The position numbers and the translations under genes were made by a program. The notes below the pieces were generated by a model. It had not been told where the DNA came from and ran no database searches. It worked only from the letters and a program-made list of their open reading frames with translations. Of a DNA stretch of 29,353 nt, positions 1 through 9,087 are shown piece by piece. The first letter of the stretch is position 1. Each line of letters opens with the position of its first letter. Origin of the DNA: Promethearchaeia archaeon. Lineage in GTDB: Archaea; Asgardarchaeota; Lokiarchaeia; Sigyniarchaeales; SOKP01. The stretch covers positions 1-29,353 of the forward strand of contig JAHQWJ010000090.1 in the NCBI GenBank assembly GCA_029856125.1. Direction: 5' to 3'.

Positions 1-190
1 CAAACCTAAGAGCTATGTCAGATGCCAATATTGATTTTCTTTTAGGAAGAGATTCTCTAATTTCTTTTTCTATAGAGGTGGGAACAAATGCATCGCGTTC
101 TACTATAGTTATTTGCTTTGTTCTTCCGTATTTTCTTCTTAAATTCAGAGTTGCCTTTCGAACTAATAACTTTTCTTCCTTTTCGGACAT
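1..190 (-). CDS. rps25e: 30S ribosomal protein S25e (eS25)-like, 5' part; runs off the window edge
   Basis: Manual translation from ATG at 190 gives MSEKEEKLLVRKATLNLRRKYGRTKQITIVERDAFVPTSIEKEIRESLPKRKSILASDIALRF, open to base 1. The basic N-terminus followed by AF...EIRESLPKRKSILASDIALRF matches the eS25 pattern (A.h....kh.kevp..k.it...la.r). GTGA lies just upstream. Not in the supplied ORF track. Confidence 0.75.
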   Translation of the reverse strand, partial: MSEKEEKLLVRKATLNLRRKYGRTKQITIVERDAFVPTSIEKEIRESLPKRKSILASDIALRF

Positions 191-340
191 TTATATCACT
201 ATTTAAAATTTGAAATGTCAATAATTAAAGCTAATTGTAATATTAAATACTTAAATTCTAATAAAATTTTTGATTTACTAACCATTTTAAGAACTCTCTA
301 TTATTCTAAACAAAAAAGCAATAACGAAGGCAATGTCATT

Positions 341-970
341 TTGAACAATGATTATTCGTTTAATATCAAGCGAAAAAGACCTGAAGATTTATTCGAGAAA
401 GTTTCAGATTACTTTAATGCAGAAACTCTTGCAAATTATGCTGAATCTAAATCTATAATGAGGACGCAAAAAAAAATCATAATTCGAGCGCTAGAGTTAT
501 TAGAACTTAAGAATAACCGACCTCTAATCTTAGACGCAGGTTGTGGCCCTGGATTTGCAGCAGATTATCTAACTGAATTAGGATATAAGACTGTTGCTCT
601 TGATATTATTTCAGAATTTCTTAAATATTACGACATTATGAATCTAAATCCAATTCTTGCAGATATGTGCTATCCTCCATTTAAACCAGACTCTTTCGAT
701 TCTATTATTTCTATTTCTGCTTTACAATGGATTATCAGAGATGTGGAAAGTGAAAGGGAGAGATTGATTCTAACTAATCTATTTGTATCTTTTTATCAAA
801 TCTTAAAACCTGAATCAACAATGATTGTTCAATTTTATCCGAAAAGTACTGTTATCATGGATTTTATTGCTGAGATTGTTAATAATAAAACAAATTTTAA
901 GGGAAATTTCATAATTGATAACCCAAATAATCCAAAAAAACGAAAAATATACCTATTATTAAAGAAATAG
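341..970 (+). CDS. Bud23/WBSCR22-like class I SAM-dependent methyltransferase (putative SSU rRNA m7G methyltransferase)
   Basis: Motif I is ILDAGCGPG. Bud23-type blocks occur in the expected order: RPE, Y..S...Q....RALELL.L, DM...PF...FD..ISISALQW, QFYPK, G...ID.P...K..K.YL.L. The ORF track starts at 215, but residues 1-42 look like intergenic AT-rich sequence; the in-frame TTG at 341 is a likelier start. Confidence 0.8.
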   Translation: MNNDYSFNIKRKRPEDLFEKVSDYFNAETLANYAESKSIMRTQKKIIIRALELLELKNNRPLILDAGCGPGFAADYLTELGYKTVALDIISEFLKYYDIMNLNPILADMCYPPFKPDSFDSIISISALQWIIRDVESERERLILTNLFVSFYQILKPESTMIVQFYPKSTVIMDFIAEIVNNKTNFKGNFIIDNPNNPKKRKIYLLLKK

Positions 971-1184
971 TAAACTTTTGAATTGCTAGTTTAGTCATAT
1001 GATGTATTCTGCTTTTTCAGATTTAAGATAATCTAAAAACATAAGATTTTATTTAAGTTGAGTTATAATTGATGTTGATAAAGATCTTTTTACTAATAAT
1101 TAAATATGCAGAAGTGTATTTAATTTTTAAAAAGTTCTTATTTTAAAGAATATTTAAAAAAAATTGAAATATGGTAATTAATAT

Positions 1185-4100
1185 ATGAACGTTAGATTAA
1201 AACGAAATTCGAAGTTAACACTTTTTACACTGTTGATTTTAATATTTACACCTTTATTTACTATGGTTTTATTTAACCAAGTGAATCTAGGCAGTAATAC
1301 GGATACATCATTTACTGGTGATAGTTTAGGACCAACTATTGATGATCAAGATAATTATTTCCCAGAAGCTTCTGGTGTTACACATGAAAATGAAAAATAC
1401 GATTTGTCACTGTGGTGGAATAAGACTTATCGGTTTAGAATCGGTTTTGTTTTAGAAGAAACCGAGGGTATCGATAGGCATCAACCCGTAGAAATATTTT
1501 TTTCATTTCGAGAGGATGAACACTATGAAAATACCGAAAGGTTAGTTAGTTTCAACGCAACAGGTAATGATGAATGGAGCAATACCATTCCTATTCAAAT
1601 ATGGAATGTTACTAAATATTCCGCTACTAACTTCATAGAATCATGCACGGTAACTTTTATCGTAGATATCTCAGCAAATTCGAACAGAACGTATTTTCTA
1701 TATTACAACGAAAATGACAATGGAATTGAACAAATAGATTACGGTACTAACTTCTCAAGCGATTTAATAGCTGGAGCTCTTACGATTACTGTTGGAACTG
1801 AATATCAAGTAGTTCTGGAGCAGGGATTAGCATCAACTCAATTAGTCAGACAAGGTCTAGATTTTCATTTAGACGATTCCTTAGCTCCTGAAAAACAATT
1901 ATCAGATCCAAGTTTAAAATTTTTAACTCATTTTGAGAATACAGTTGCAGATTCAACGGGTAATACTCCTGGTGGTACAGTTAATGGGGACCCTCAATAT
2001 GTTAATGGGTTAGTACAATATGGATTAGACTTTGATGGGAATGATTTTATTAGTTATGCCAACGGACTTGAAGCTCTTGGTGATCCTTTCCATGATGCTA
2101 GCACGGAGTTTACACTCTGCGCATGGATAAATCCAAGTTCCCTCTCAATAGGAGCTACTAATCATCAAACGCAGAATGTAATTATGGCTAAAGCAAGTGA
2201 TCCCTACAACGATAATTTTGAAATTGGAGTAAATTATGAAGGGAATATTCACATCTATCTTGATACCGAAACCCGAGATACCCAAGCGGATTTTGGACCT
2301 ATCAATACGATTACTACAGCAGGAGGATGGTATTTTATTGTTTTTAGATATCAAAATGGTGTAGCAGAAGTTAGGATTCAAGACAGATGGTACATCAACC
2401 TCTTGACATGGGAAGATGCAACCGATATCGATGGAGCAAACGGAAGTCCTTTCACTATCGGAGCATCTGAACATATAGACCAATACTTCGATGGGATGAT
2501 TGATGAGTTTGCTGTCTACAATAAATGCCTATCAGATCAAGAAGTTGAAGATTTTAAATACGGTTCTATGCCTTCTACAATTCAATCCATTACTGAATTA
2601 GAAAACGGCGATGTCTTTTCAAGCTACGAAATTGAATGGACAACTGCTTTTGACATGCATGTTCAAGATACTTGTAAATTCTATTATGATTATGATTTAT
2701 GGAATTTTGAGCGAAATATCTATTTTGAAAACGAATTTAATTCAACAATAGATAGAATGTTCGCATTAAATACTAACTATAATTTCACAAGTTTTAATGA
2801 TCATAATAAGTTATTGTATGTCTATGATGGAATTATCAAGAAGGATATAACTACTGCAGGATTCGTTGCTGAGAATTATACTGTAGTTCACAACGCTCCG
2901 GATGGTTCTAAGGATGCAATCGGAATTTTTATTGAAGAGTATGAATTATCAGATCCAGCCCATACTTCTATAACTTACTTAGAAGGCGATGTTATTTATG
3001 ATAATGGTTATGTTGAGTTCTTACCTGGTTCATTAAATGACTTTGATAATAGTGTTGGAAATGAATCGTATCAATTAAAAATAAATTTCTGGGAGTTAAC
3101 TGGAAGCGCTAATACATCAGGTAATCTAGATGATGCGGGATTAATAAATCACTTTGACGATATTCTGGTTTCATTGAGAGAAGAAGTAGATGTTAATATA
3201 TACCAAGAGGAAAGCCTTTTTTATAGTATCGATGTAAATGTAACTGATAGCGATGGTAAATTAGTGCCTGATGCGACAGTGACGGTATGGAATTCGTCGA
3301 ATTATGCTATAAATTGGGAGCAAACTACTAATGAGAACGGACGCACTCTTTTTAATCGATTTGAAGGCGGAGTTTATGTGGTGAATGTATCTTATGTAAG
3401 ATATGGTCAAACATTAACGGTTACAACTCCTCAAATTATTGAGTTGAATGACACTAATGTAGACACTTATGGAATTTATTATTTGGAGTTCAGTAACGTG
3501 AAACTCACATCCTTACTCTTAAAGTTTCAAAGGGAGCATGTGGGAATCATTCAAGAAGATGTTGTTGGAGCTAACATAACCTTTACACTTGATGATGGTT
3601 CTGGACCTGTTGTTTTGGGATATGAACTTACAAATTCTACGGGTTTTACTACTTTTAGGTGGACAAATCTAACTGATCAAAATAGTGGGAATATAAGTTT
3701 TACCGTTAATTGGCATGGCGATCTACAGAATGATTTATCTTGCTCTGACGATCTAGAACCACCTGTTGATCCTACAACGATTGTGTTACCCTTCTACCAA
3801 TATTTGAATTCAGTTGTAAATGTAACCACTGGAAGCACATATAAATCATTTTTATTTGTCAATTCTAGTGGATCAGATAGCGTGATGTTAGGAGATACTT
3901 TAAATCTCTGGGTTAATTATACTCAACAGAAAGATGCTGATCCTATAACTCCCATTGAAGGTGGCGATGTAACATATGACATTAAAATTGGTGCTATTAA
4001 AATTAATACAATTGTTCTATCCTTCTCAGAAACTGGAAATGGAGTATATAGCCTTTTAATTGATACTTCTAATCCTATACAACCTGGAGGTACTAATTGG

Positions 4101-5468
4101 AAGTCAAGTGTTACCTATACAATGGAAATAGTTGCTTCAAAACCTGGCTATATCACTAACCAAACATCGATTACATTTACGCTGTTAGATAAAACAACTG
4201 AATTAACTACAAGCGACGCGACGCCCCAAGGATTCTATCATGATATAATATCTTTAGATGTTCATTACACCGATATTTTTGCAGAACCCGATGAAGATAT
4301 AGATGGAGCTACGGTTCAATATTTCGCAATCGGAATTGCTGGCATAAATGGATACTTAACTCCATATGGATCCGGTGGATTATATCGGTTAGATTTAGAT
4401 AGTTCTGAGTTTCCAATATATGGTGATTATGTGCTACAAATTACCGCATTTAAGGAAAATTATGAAACTAAATCTATATATCTACCGCTAACGATAGACG
4501 AAATTAATACAAGATTAAATAATTCAGCAGCGATTTATGAAACATTTGATGTTTTTATTGGAGCCTCAAAGACTTTTTATTTTGACTATAGCGTAGAATT
4601 ATCTGGAACGGGATTGACTGATGTTGACTTGAGTGAGTGTGTTTGGGAAAAAGATGTGGGTGGAATTGTTGTTGACAGTGGAGTTGTTTCCTTAAATAGC
4701 TTGGGAAATGGAATGTATGAACTAGACATGAACACCGAAACCTTAGATATTGCCTCATACACCTTAATAATTAGGTTTGCTGAGACGAATTACATTGAAA
4801 GAGACGCAATAATATTTCTAAACATCGTACCTAGAGTTATTGATTTAGAAGTAGCTGACATAATTCCAGTAGTATCAGGGAATGACCTATCATTTGATAT
4901 TGAATTGACTGACAATTTTGATGCCTCCGTGTTAATTAACGCAGAAGTCTACTTAACCCTTAATGGTATTCAATTTAACTTCACTGACAATGGAGATGGA
5001 ACTTACAGCGTTACAATACCAGATAGTTCTATTGTAGATGCATTTTTCTTTGCTGATGCACTTCCGGTTGATATCACAATAAACAAAGCTAATTATAGCT
5101 CAAAAACAGAAAGAATTACAATACAAGTGAGCTTAACTGAAATATTCCCTGGATTTCCAATGTTTTACTTTTTGATGATCGTTGGTGCTGTTATTGCTGT
5201 CGTTGGTAGTCTTGTAGCTTATCGTCAAATACAAAGAGCTAGAATACCTACATTTGTAAAGAAAGTTCGAGAAATGAGCAAGAATATAAAAGGAAGGAAA
5301 TCCATCTCGGATTCACTTTTATATCCATCGAAAAATGAGTTCATTGCAAAGAAACTTGGAGACAAATGGGATATGCTTGGTTTATCTTTGAACGATATTT
5401 TAGGACTTGATGCAAAAAAAAAAAAGAAGTTACCAGAATCAAATGATTTTGAAGGAGGTAGTGTGTAA
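1185..5468 (+). CDS. Large cell-surface protein: N-terminal signal/TM, DUF2341-like region, LamG/ConA-like domain, Ig/transthyretin-like repeats, C-terminal TM and 81-aa cytoplasmic tail
   Basis: N-terminal basic residues then a hydrophobic helix; WWNKTYRFR start of a DUF2341-like region. LamG hallmarks at about 1915-2555 (GLDFDGND, FTLCAWINP, GWYFIVF, FTIGA, FDGMIDEFAVYNKCLSDQEV). VTDSDGKLVPDATV...TTNENG beta-sandwich; four repeats containing G-x-Y (GNGVYSL, SGGLYRL, GNGMYEL, GDGTYSV). Many N-x-S/T sequons. TM at about 5151-5222 followed by a basic stop-transfer segment. Confidence 0.85.
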   Translation: MNVRLKRNSKLTLFTLLILIFTPLFTMVLFNQVNLGSNTDTSFTGDSLGPTIDDQDNYFPEASGVTHENEKYDLSLWWNKTYRFRIGFVLEETEGIDRHQPVEIFFSFREDEHYENTERLVSFNATGNDEWSNTIPIQIWNVTKYSATNFIESCTVTFIVDISANSNRTYFLYYNENDNGIEQIDYGTNFSSDLIAGALTITVGTEYQVVLEQGLASTQLVRQGLDFHLDDSLAPEKQLSDPSLKFLTHFENTVADSTGNTPGGTVNGDPQYVNGLVQYGLDFDGNDFISYANGLEALGDPFHDASTEFTLCAWINPSSLSIGATNHQTQNVIMAKASDPYNDNFEIGVNYEGNIHIYLDTETRDTQADFGPINTITTAGGWYFIVFRYQNGVAEVRIQDRWYINLLTWEDATDIDGANGSPFTIGASEHIDQYFDGMIDEFAVYNKCLSDQEVEDFKYGSMPSTIQSITELENGDVFSSYEIEWTTAFDMHVQDTCKFYYDYDLWNFERNIYFENEFNSTIDRMFALNTNYNFTSFNDHNKLLYVYDGIIKKDITTAGFVAENYTVVHNAPDGSKDAIGIFIEEYELSDPAHTSITYLEGDVIYDNGYVEFLPGSLNDFDNSVGNESYQLKINFWELTGSANTSGNLDDAGLINHFDDILVSLREEVDVNIYQEESLFYSIDVNVTDSDGKLVPDATVTVWNSSNYAINWEQTTNENGRTLFNRFEGGVYVVNVSYVRYGQTLTVTTPQIIELNDTNVDTYGIYYLEFSNVKLTSLLLKFQREHVGIIQEDVVGANITFTLDDGSGPVVLGYELTNSTGFTTFRWTNLTDQNSGNISFTVNWHGDLQNDLSCSDDLEPPVDPTTIVLPFYQYLNSVVNVTTGSTYKSFLFVNSSGSDSVMLGDTLNLWVNYTQQKDADPITPIEGGDVTYDIKIGAIKINTIVLSFSETGNGVYSLLIDTSNPIQPGGTNWKSSVTYTMEIVASKPGYITNQTSITFTLLDKTTELTTSDATPQGFYHDIISLDVHYTDIFAEPDEDIDGATVQYFAIGIAGINGYLTPYGSGGLYRLDLDSSEFPIYGDYVLQITAFKENYETKSIYLPLTIDEINTRLNNSAAIYETFDVFIGASKTFYFDYSVELSGTGLTDVDLSECVWEKDVGGIVVDSGVVSLNSLGNGMYELDMNTETLDIASYTLIIRFAETNYIERDAIIFLNIVPRVIDLEVADIIPVVSGNDLSFDIELTDNFDASVLINAEVYLTLNGIQFNFTDNGDGTYSVTIPDSSIVDAFFFADALPVDITINKANYSSKTERITIQVSLTEIFPGFPMFYFLMIVGAVIAVVGSLVAYRQIQRARIPTFVKKVREMSKNIKGRKSISDSLLYPSKNEFIAKKLGDKWDMLGLSLNDILGLDAKKKKKLPESNDFEGGSV

Positions 5469-5470
5469 AA

Positions 5471-6574
5471 ATGCCAGTTGGATTAGTAGTAATGAGATGG
5501 GACGAGAGAGTTGGCACGGAAATCTTAGCAAAATATCCCGAAGAAATCGTAATCACAGATAAAACGCTTATGCAAGTATACAGTACACACGAGTATAGTG
5601 GAGAGTCTGGGATGATAAGTCTAATGGTAGGATCGTTAAACATTGCATCCTACTACACAGGACCAGAGAAAGGTTATTACATTCTTATGCTTTTAAACCT
5701 TGACGACGACCCTGATGCGTACGAAGGTGGATTGGCTGACGCTTCTAGAATAATCCTACAAAATCTTGAAGATGACGCCTATCTTAGTATGATCCCTTCA
5801 CTATTTAGAAGATTGTCTGTGTATCCTACGTTGAATAGCGAACAACAATTAGCAATGACGTACCAAGACGAGATAAAAAGGATGATTATCAATCGCTTAC
5901 GAGACGAGGGCACAGTTTCAAAATCAGAATTAATGGTATGGTTAAAAGACAGATACAAACAAGGATTCGTCGACTTAGAAAGCGTCCTGATCGAATTGAT
6001 TAAGCGGGAATTGATAAAAGAAACGTCCGTTAAAGGAATGCCATCAGAATTAATTTTTCTAACTAACGATGTTTTAATGTTACGAGTTCCCCCAGTTCAA
6101 CTACTCAAGGACCCTGCTGATAGAGGATTACCTTCGCAATTAGCGTCGGATTATAGGACTGAAACTAAAAAATTCTTTCAAAACTATAGACCATCAGATC
6201 AAGATAACTTAAGAATGATTGAGATCATTATCAATCCTCAAGTCTACGAAACACTGCGTTTATTACGAACGGCCATCGTCACCAAGAACGATCTTGAGAA
6301 ACTGAAAAAGAAGGGCGTCGATGATATAGACGAGGTGTTGAAAATGTTATGGGAGTGTCAGATGATTCAGGTGTTCCAGGACGATAAAAACAACGAGTAC
6401 TACGCATTGTTATCAGACTTTTATATCGCTAAAGTATTTCCAAAGTACTTACTTAATATTATCAAAGCTGAATACGAAAAGAAATCAAAAGCGGATCAAG
6501 TGTTATTGGAATACTTAACTGTGCTGGAGAATACGTATTTAAACTTAAAAACTGCAGTAAAATCTGAAGAATAA
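5471..6574 (+). CDS. Longin (uDENN/NPRL2-type) domain plus two winged-helix domains; cytosolic
   Basis: The N-terminus LVVMRWDERVGTEILAKYPEE fits the uDENN/NPRL2 longin hairpin (hhh..F/W D...G..h...YP). Two similar wHTH-like units: IINRLRDEGTVSKSEL...VLIELIKRELIKE...LIFLTND and TLRLLRTAIVTKNDL...VLKMLWECQMIQV...YYALLSD. Starts 2 nt after the upstream stop, with GGAGGT at 5454-5459. Confidence 0.65.
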   Translation: MPVGLVVMRWDERVGTEILAKYPEEIVITDKTLMQVYSTHEYSGESGMISLMVGSLNIASYYTGPEKGYYILMLLNLDDDPDAYEGGLADASRIILQNLEDDAYLSMIPSLFRRLSVYPTLNSEQQLAMTYQDEIKRMIINRLRDEGTVSKSELMVWLKDRYKQGFVDLESVLIELIKRELIKETSVKGMPSELIFLTNDVLMLRVPPVQLLKDPADRGLPSQLASDYRTETKKFFQNYRPSDQDNLRMIEIIINPQVYETLRLLRTAIVTKNDLEKLKKKGVDDIDEVLKMLWECQMIQVFQDDKNNEYYALLSDFYIAKVFPKYLLNIIKAEYEKKSKADQVLLEYLTVLENTYLNLKTAVKSEE

Positions 6575-6583
6575 ATCTTAATA

Positions 6584-6615
6584 TTTTTATTTAATTTTTT
6601 TTTGTTTTATTTTTT
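6584..6615 (+). terminator. Archaeal-type oligo(T) terminator
   Basis: Several T5-T9 runs directly after the stop at 6574. Confidence 0.55.
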
Positions 6616-6677
6616 ATACCAATTTCGAGAACAAATACATTTTTCAATATTCTAATATTCCTTTCTTCGATATAATT

Positions 6678-8015
6678 ATGGCACCCGAAGAAGAATTATT
6701 TGAAAGTTGTAAGCAGTATTTGGACACTCCCGAGGCGTTGGGTTTAGATGGTATTGATTTGGAAAAGTATATTATCGCATCTTATACTATTAAGCGCCCT
6801 AAGGGAATGAATGTGAATTATTTATCCCGATTTGCCGCAATTGAACAATCTACTGGAACATGGGTTAGAGTACCTGCTGAAACGGAGGAAGTACGAAAGA
6901 AACACGTTGCAAGAGTGCTCGGGGTCTATGAGCTGCCTCACTTAGAATATATTTTACCCAAAGATATAAAGGAGAGAATTTATTTCGTTCAAATAGGTTT
7001 TCCTATAGTCAATATTAAAGGTTGTGGTATTCCAATGCTACTAACATCAGTTATTGGAAATATCAGTCTTACGCATGGACTAAAATTAGTAGATCTCGCA
7101 TTTCCAAAAGAATATTTAAAGGAATTCAAGGGTCCAAAATTCGGAATTGACGGCCTCCGAAAACTCTTGAAAATACCGGAACGCCCTTTACTAAACAATA
7201 TGGTAAAGCCATGTACAGGACACACTGCAGATGTAGCTGCTGATTTAGTTTATAAGGCAGCAGTAGGGGGTTGCGATGTTGTCAAAGACGACGAATTGAT
7301 CTCAAATCCATCCTTTAATACTTTAGAAGATAGAATAGTTAAAGTTATGGAAGCAGTCGACAGAGCAGATTCTGAAAAAGGAGAAAAAACGCTTTATACT
7401 ATAAATATTACTAGCAAGTTTCCAGATATGTTTGAATACGCGGATAAAATGATCGAGTTAGGCGCAAACGCACTTATGATAAATTATCTAACTGCAGGTT
7501 TTGAAGCGCTAAGAGCTATTGCCGAGGATCCTTCTATAAAGGTACCGATTTTAGGTCATATGGATTTCGCTGGCGCGTATTTTGGCGGGCACTGGACGGG
7601 TTTAACAAGTATGATAACTCTTGGAAAATTCCCTAGAATGTGTGGAGCGGACACAGTCGTAATTCCAGCCCCTTATGGAAAGGCAGATATTTTAGAAGAA
7701 CGATACGAACAAAATTTAAAAGTACTTAGATTCCCATTCCAGCACATAAAACCTACACTACCTATGCCTAGTGGAGGTATTACACAAGGTATGGTAGAAA
7801 AAACAATGAAAGAAGCCGGAAAGGATATTCTTATAGGCAGTGGTGGAGGAATTCACAGTCATCCTGATGGACCAACTGCTGGTGCAATAGCGTTTAGACA
7901 AGCGATTCATGCGGTAATGAACGGAATTGAAGTTAGAAAATACGCTAAAGATCATGAAGAACTAGGTAAAGCTCTTGGAACATGGGGCACTGGAAAGACA
8001 GCTTTAATTGAATAA
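6678..8015 (+). CDS. RuBisCO-like protein (form IV, RLP)
   Basis: EQSTGTW, GN, GPKFG, KDDE, SGG and GGGIHSHPDG are present. Carboxylase residues are substituted: KPCTG (K177 to C), GHMD (R295 to M), DTVVIP (H327 lost), KDDEL instead of KDDEN. Confidence 0.9.
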   Translation: MAPEEELFESCKQYLDTPEALGLDGIDLEKYIIASYTIKRPKGMNVNYLSRFAAIEQSTGTWVRVPAETEEVRKKHVARVLGVYELPHLEYILPKDIKERIYFVQIGFPIVNIKGCGIPMLLTSVIGNISLTHGLKLVDLAFPKEYLKEFKGPKFGIDGLRKLLKIPERPLLNNMVKPCTGHTADVAADLVYKAAVGGCDVVKDDELISNPSFNTLEDRIVKVMEAVDRADSEKGEKTLYTINITSKFPDMFEYADKMIELGANALMINYLTAGFEALRAIAEDPSIKVPILGHMDFAGAYFGGHWTGLTSMITLGKFPRMCGADTVVIPAPYGKADILEERYEQNLKVLRFPFQHIKPTLPMPSGGITQGMVEKTMKEAGKDILIGSGGGIHSHPDGPTAGAIAFRQAIHAVMNGIEVRKYAKDHEELGKALGTWGTGKTALIE

Positions 8016-8040
8016 TTTTTTATTTTTTTATTTTTTTTAT
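8016..8040 (+). terminator. Oligo(T) terminator between convergent genes
   Basis: T6-A-T7-A-T8 immediately after the RLP stop codon. Confidence 0.6.
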
Positions 8041-8051
8041 CTCAAAACGAT

Positions 8052-9008
8052 TTATTTGACATATCTATTCAACAGAACTCTACAATTTGAATTAAAATCC
8101 TCGTTTTTAATATTTTTACTTATAATATTCCCACAAAGATCTATAAATTGAAGATTTGAAAGTTGATTTATATACTCCAGATTTTTTAGGTCACTAATCT
8201 GATTATTAGATAAAACTAAATGTGTTAGATTCTTTAGTTCATTTATTCCTTCCAAATCTCCAATTTGATTATTTGAAAGGTCTAATGTTTTTAAATGACT
8301 TAAATTGCTTAACCCTGTTATTTGAGAAAGGTTACGAATGTTATTTTTCCATCCCCATGGAGTTCCTTTTACTTCAAATTCAAGATAATCGGATAGGTCT
8401 AATTTATCAATCAATAATCGTTTATCATCTAATTCAAAATAAACATTTGGGATTTCTTCAATTAAGTTTTTCACGGTTAAAAAATTGATGAGGATTGCTC
8501 CAAGTTGTTTGTGAGATAATTTATTAATTGGGTTTCTTTTGAAATATGATTTTAACGCTTTACGATATTTTTTATTCCCATAACCTTTGTCAACATTGAG
8601 AGATTTTATATTTCTAATATTACTTACTTGTTCAAATAAAATAGATTTCGACTCGCTTGTGTTTATCTTAACAAGTGAATTTACTACTGTTATTAAGCAA
8701 TAATAGGAAGTTTCGTGTTGGATAACCCATTGATATACAGGAAGACTGATTTCAAGAAAATTAGCGCTTATATACTTTGCCGCGGCATTTCTTATAACTT
8801 CACTTGAATCTGAAAGAAGTATGTTTTCAAAAAACTCAAACAAGGTTTTGGTTTTTATTTTTAATGCATTAAGAATAGAAATAGCTTCCAATCTAAATTG
8901 TTCTTCGTCGTTATTCTCAATGCCAGAAACTAACAGTTTTATTGCTGTAGATTTATCTATACGTTTGTCAGTATAATCTTTTAGTATGGTTTGAGGATTT
9001 AAATCCAT
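8052..9008 (-). CDS. HEAT-like N-terminal domain plus short SDS22-type LRR protein
   Basis: N-terminal ENILLSDSSEVIRNAAA block is shared with two other genes in the window. C-terminal LRRs of about 22 aa: LKTLDLSNNQIGDLEGINELKNLTHLVLSNNQISDL...LQFIDLCGN. Confidence 0.85.
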   Translation of the reverse strand: MDLNPQTILKDYTDKRIDKSTAIKLLVSGIENNDEEQFRLEAISILNALKIKTKTLFEFFENILLSDSSEVIRNAAAKYISANFLEISLPVYQWVIQHETSYYCLITVVNSLVKINTSESKSILFEQVSNIRNIKSLNVDKGYGNKKYRKALKSYFKRNPINKLSHKQLGAILINFLTVKNLIEEIPNVYFELDDKRLLIDKLDLSDYLEFEVKGTPWGWKNNIRNLSQITGLSNLSHLKTLDLSNNQIGDLEGINELKNLTHLVLSNNQISDLKNLEYINQLSNLQFIDLCGNIISKNIKNEDFNSNCRVLLNRYVK

Positions 9009-9087
9009 GATGAGTATAATTGAAATAATAGCTTTACATTTAAATGAAGTGAAAAATCTAACTTCAAATTTAAAGTAGTTTTATTTT

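Noticed and set aside
15-206. 63-aa plus-strand ORF in the supplied track
   Set aside because: It is the antisense shadow of the eS25-like gene on the minus strand.
215-340. N-terminal extensions in the ORF track for the methyltransferase (and 26359-26448 for the peptidase)
   Set aside because: They are low-complexity AT-rich translations that precede the family-conserved starts and occupy the likely divergent promoter regions.
971-1184. TATA/BRE promoter or small RNA in intergenic regions
   Set aside because: Many TATA-like hexamers occur by chance at this AT content, and no GC-rich structured segment is visible.
5414-5425. A12 run as a phase-variation tract
   Set aside because: It is in frame, encodes a Lys run near the C-terminus, and similar A runs occur in lig and other genes here.
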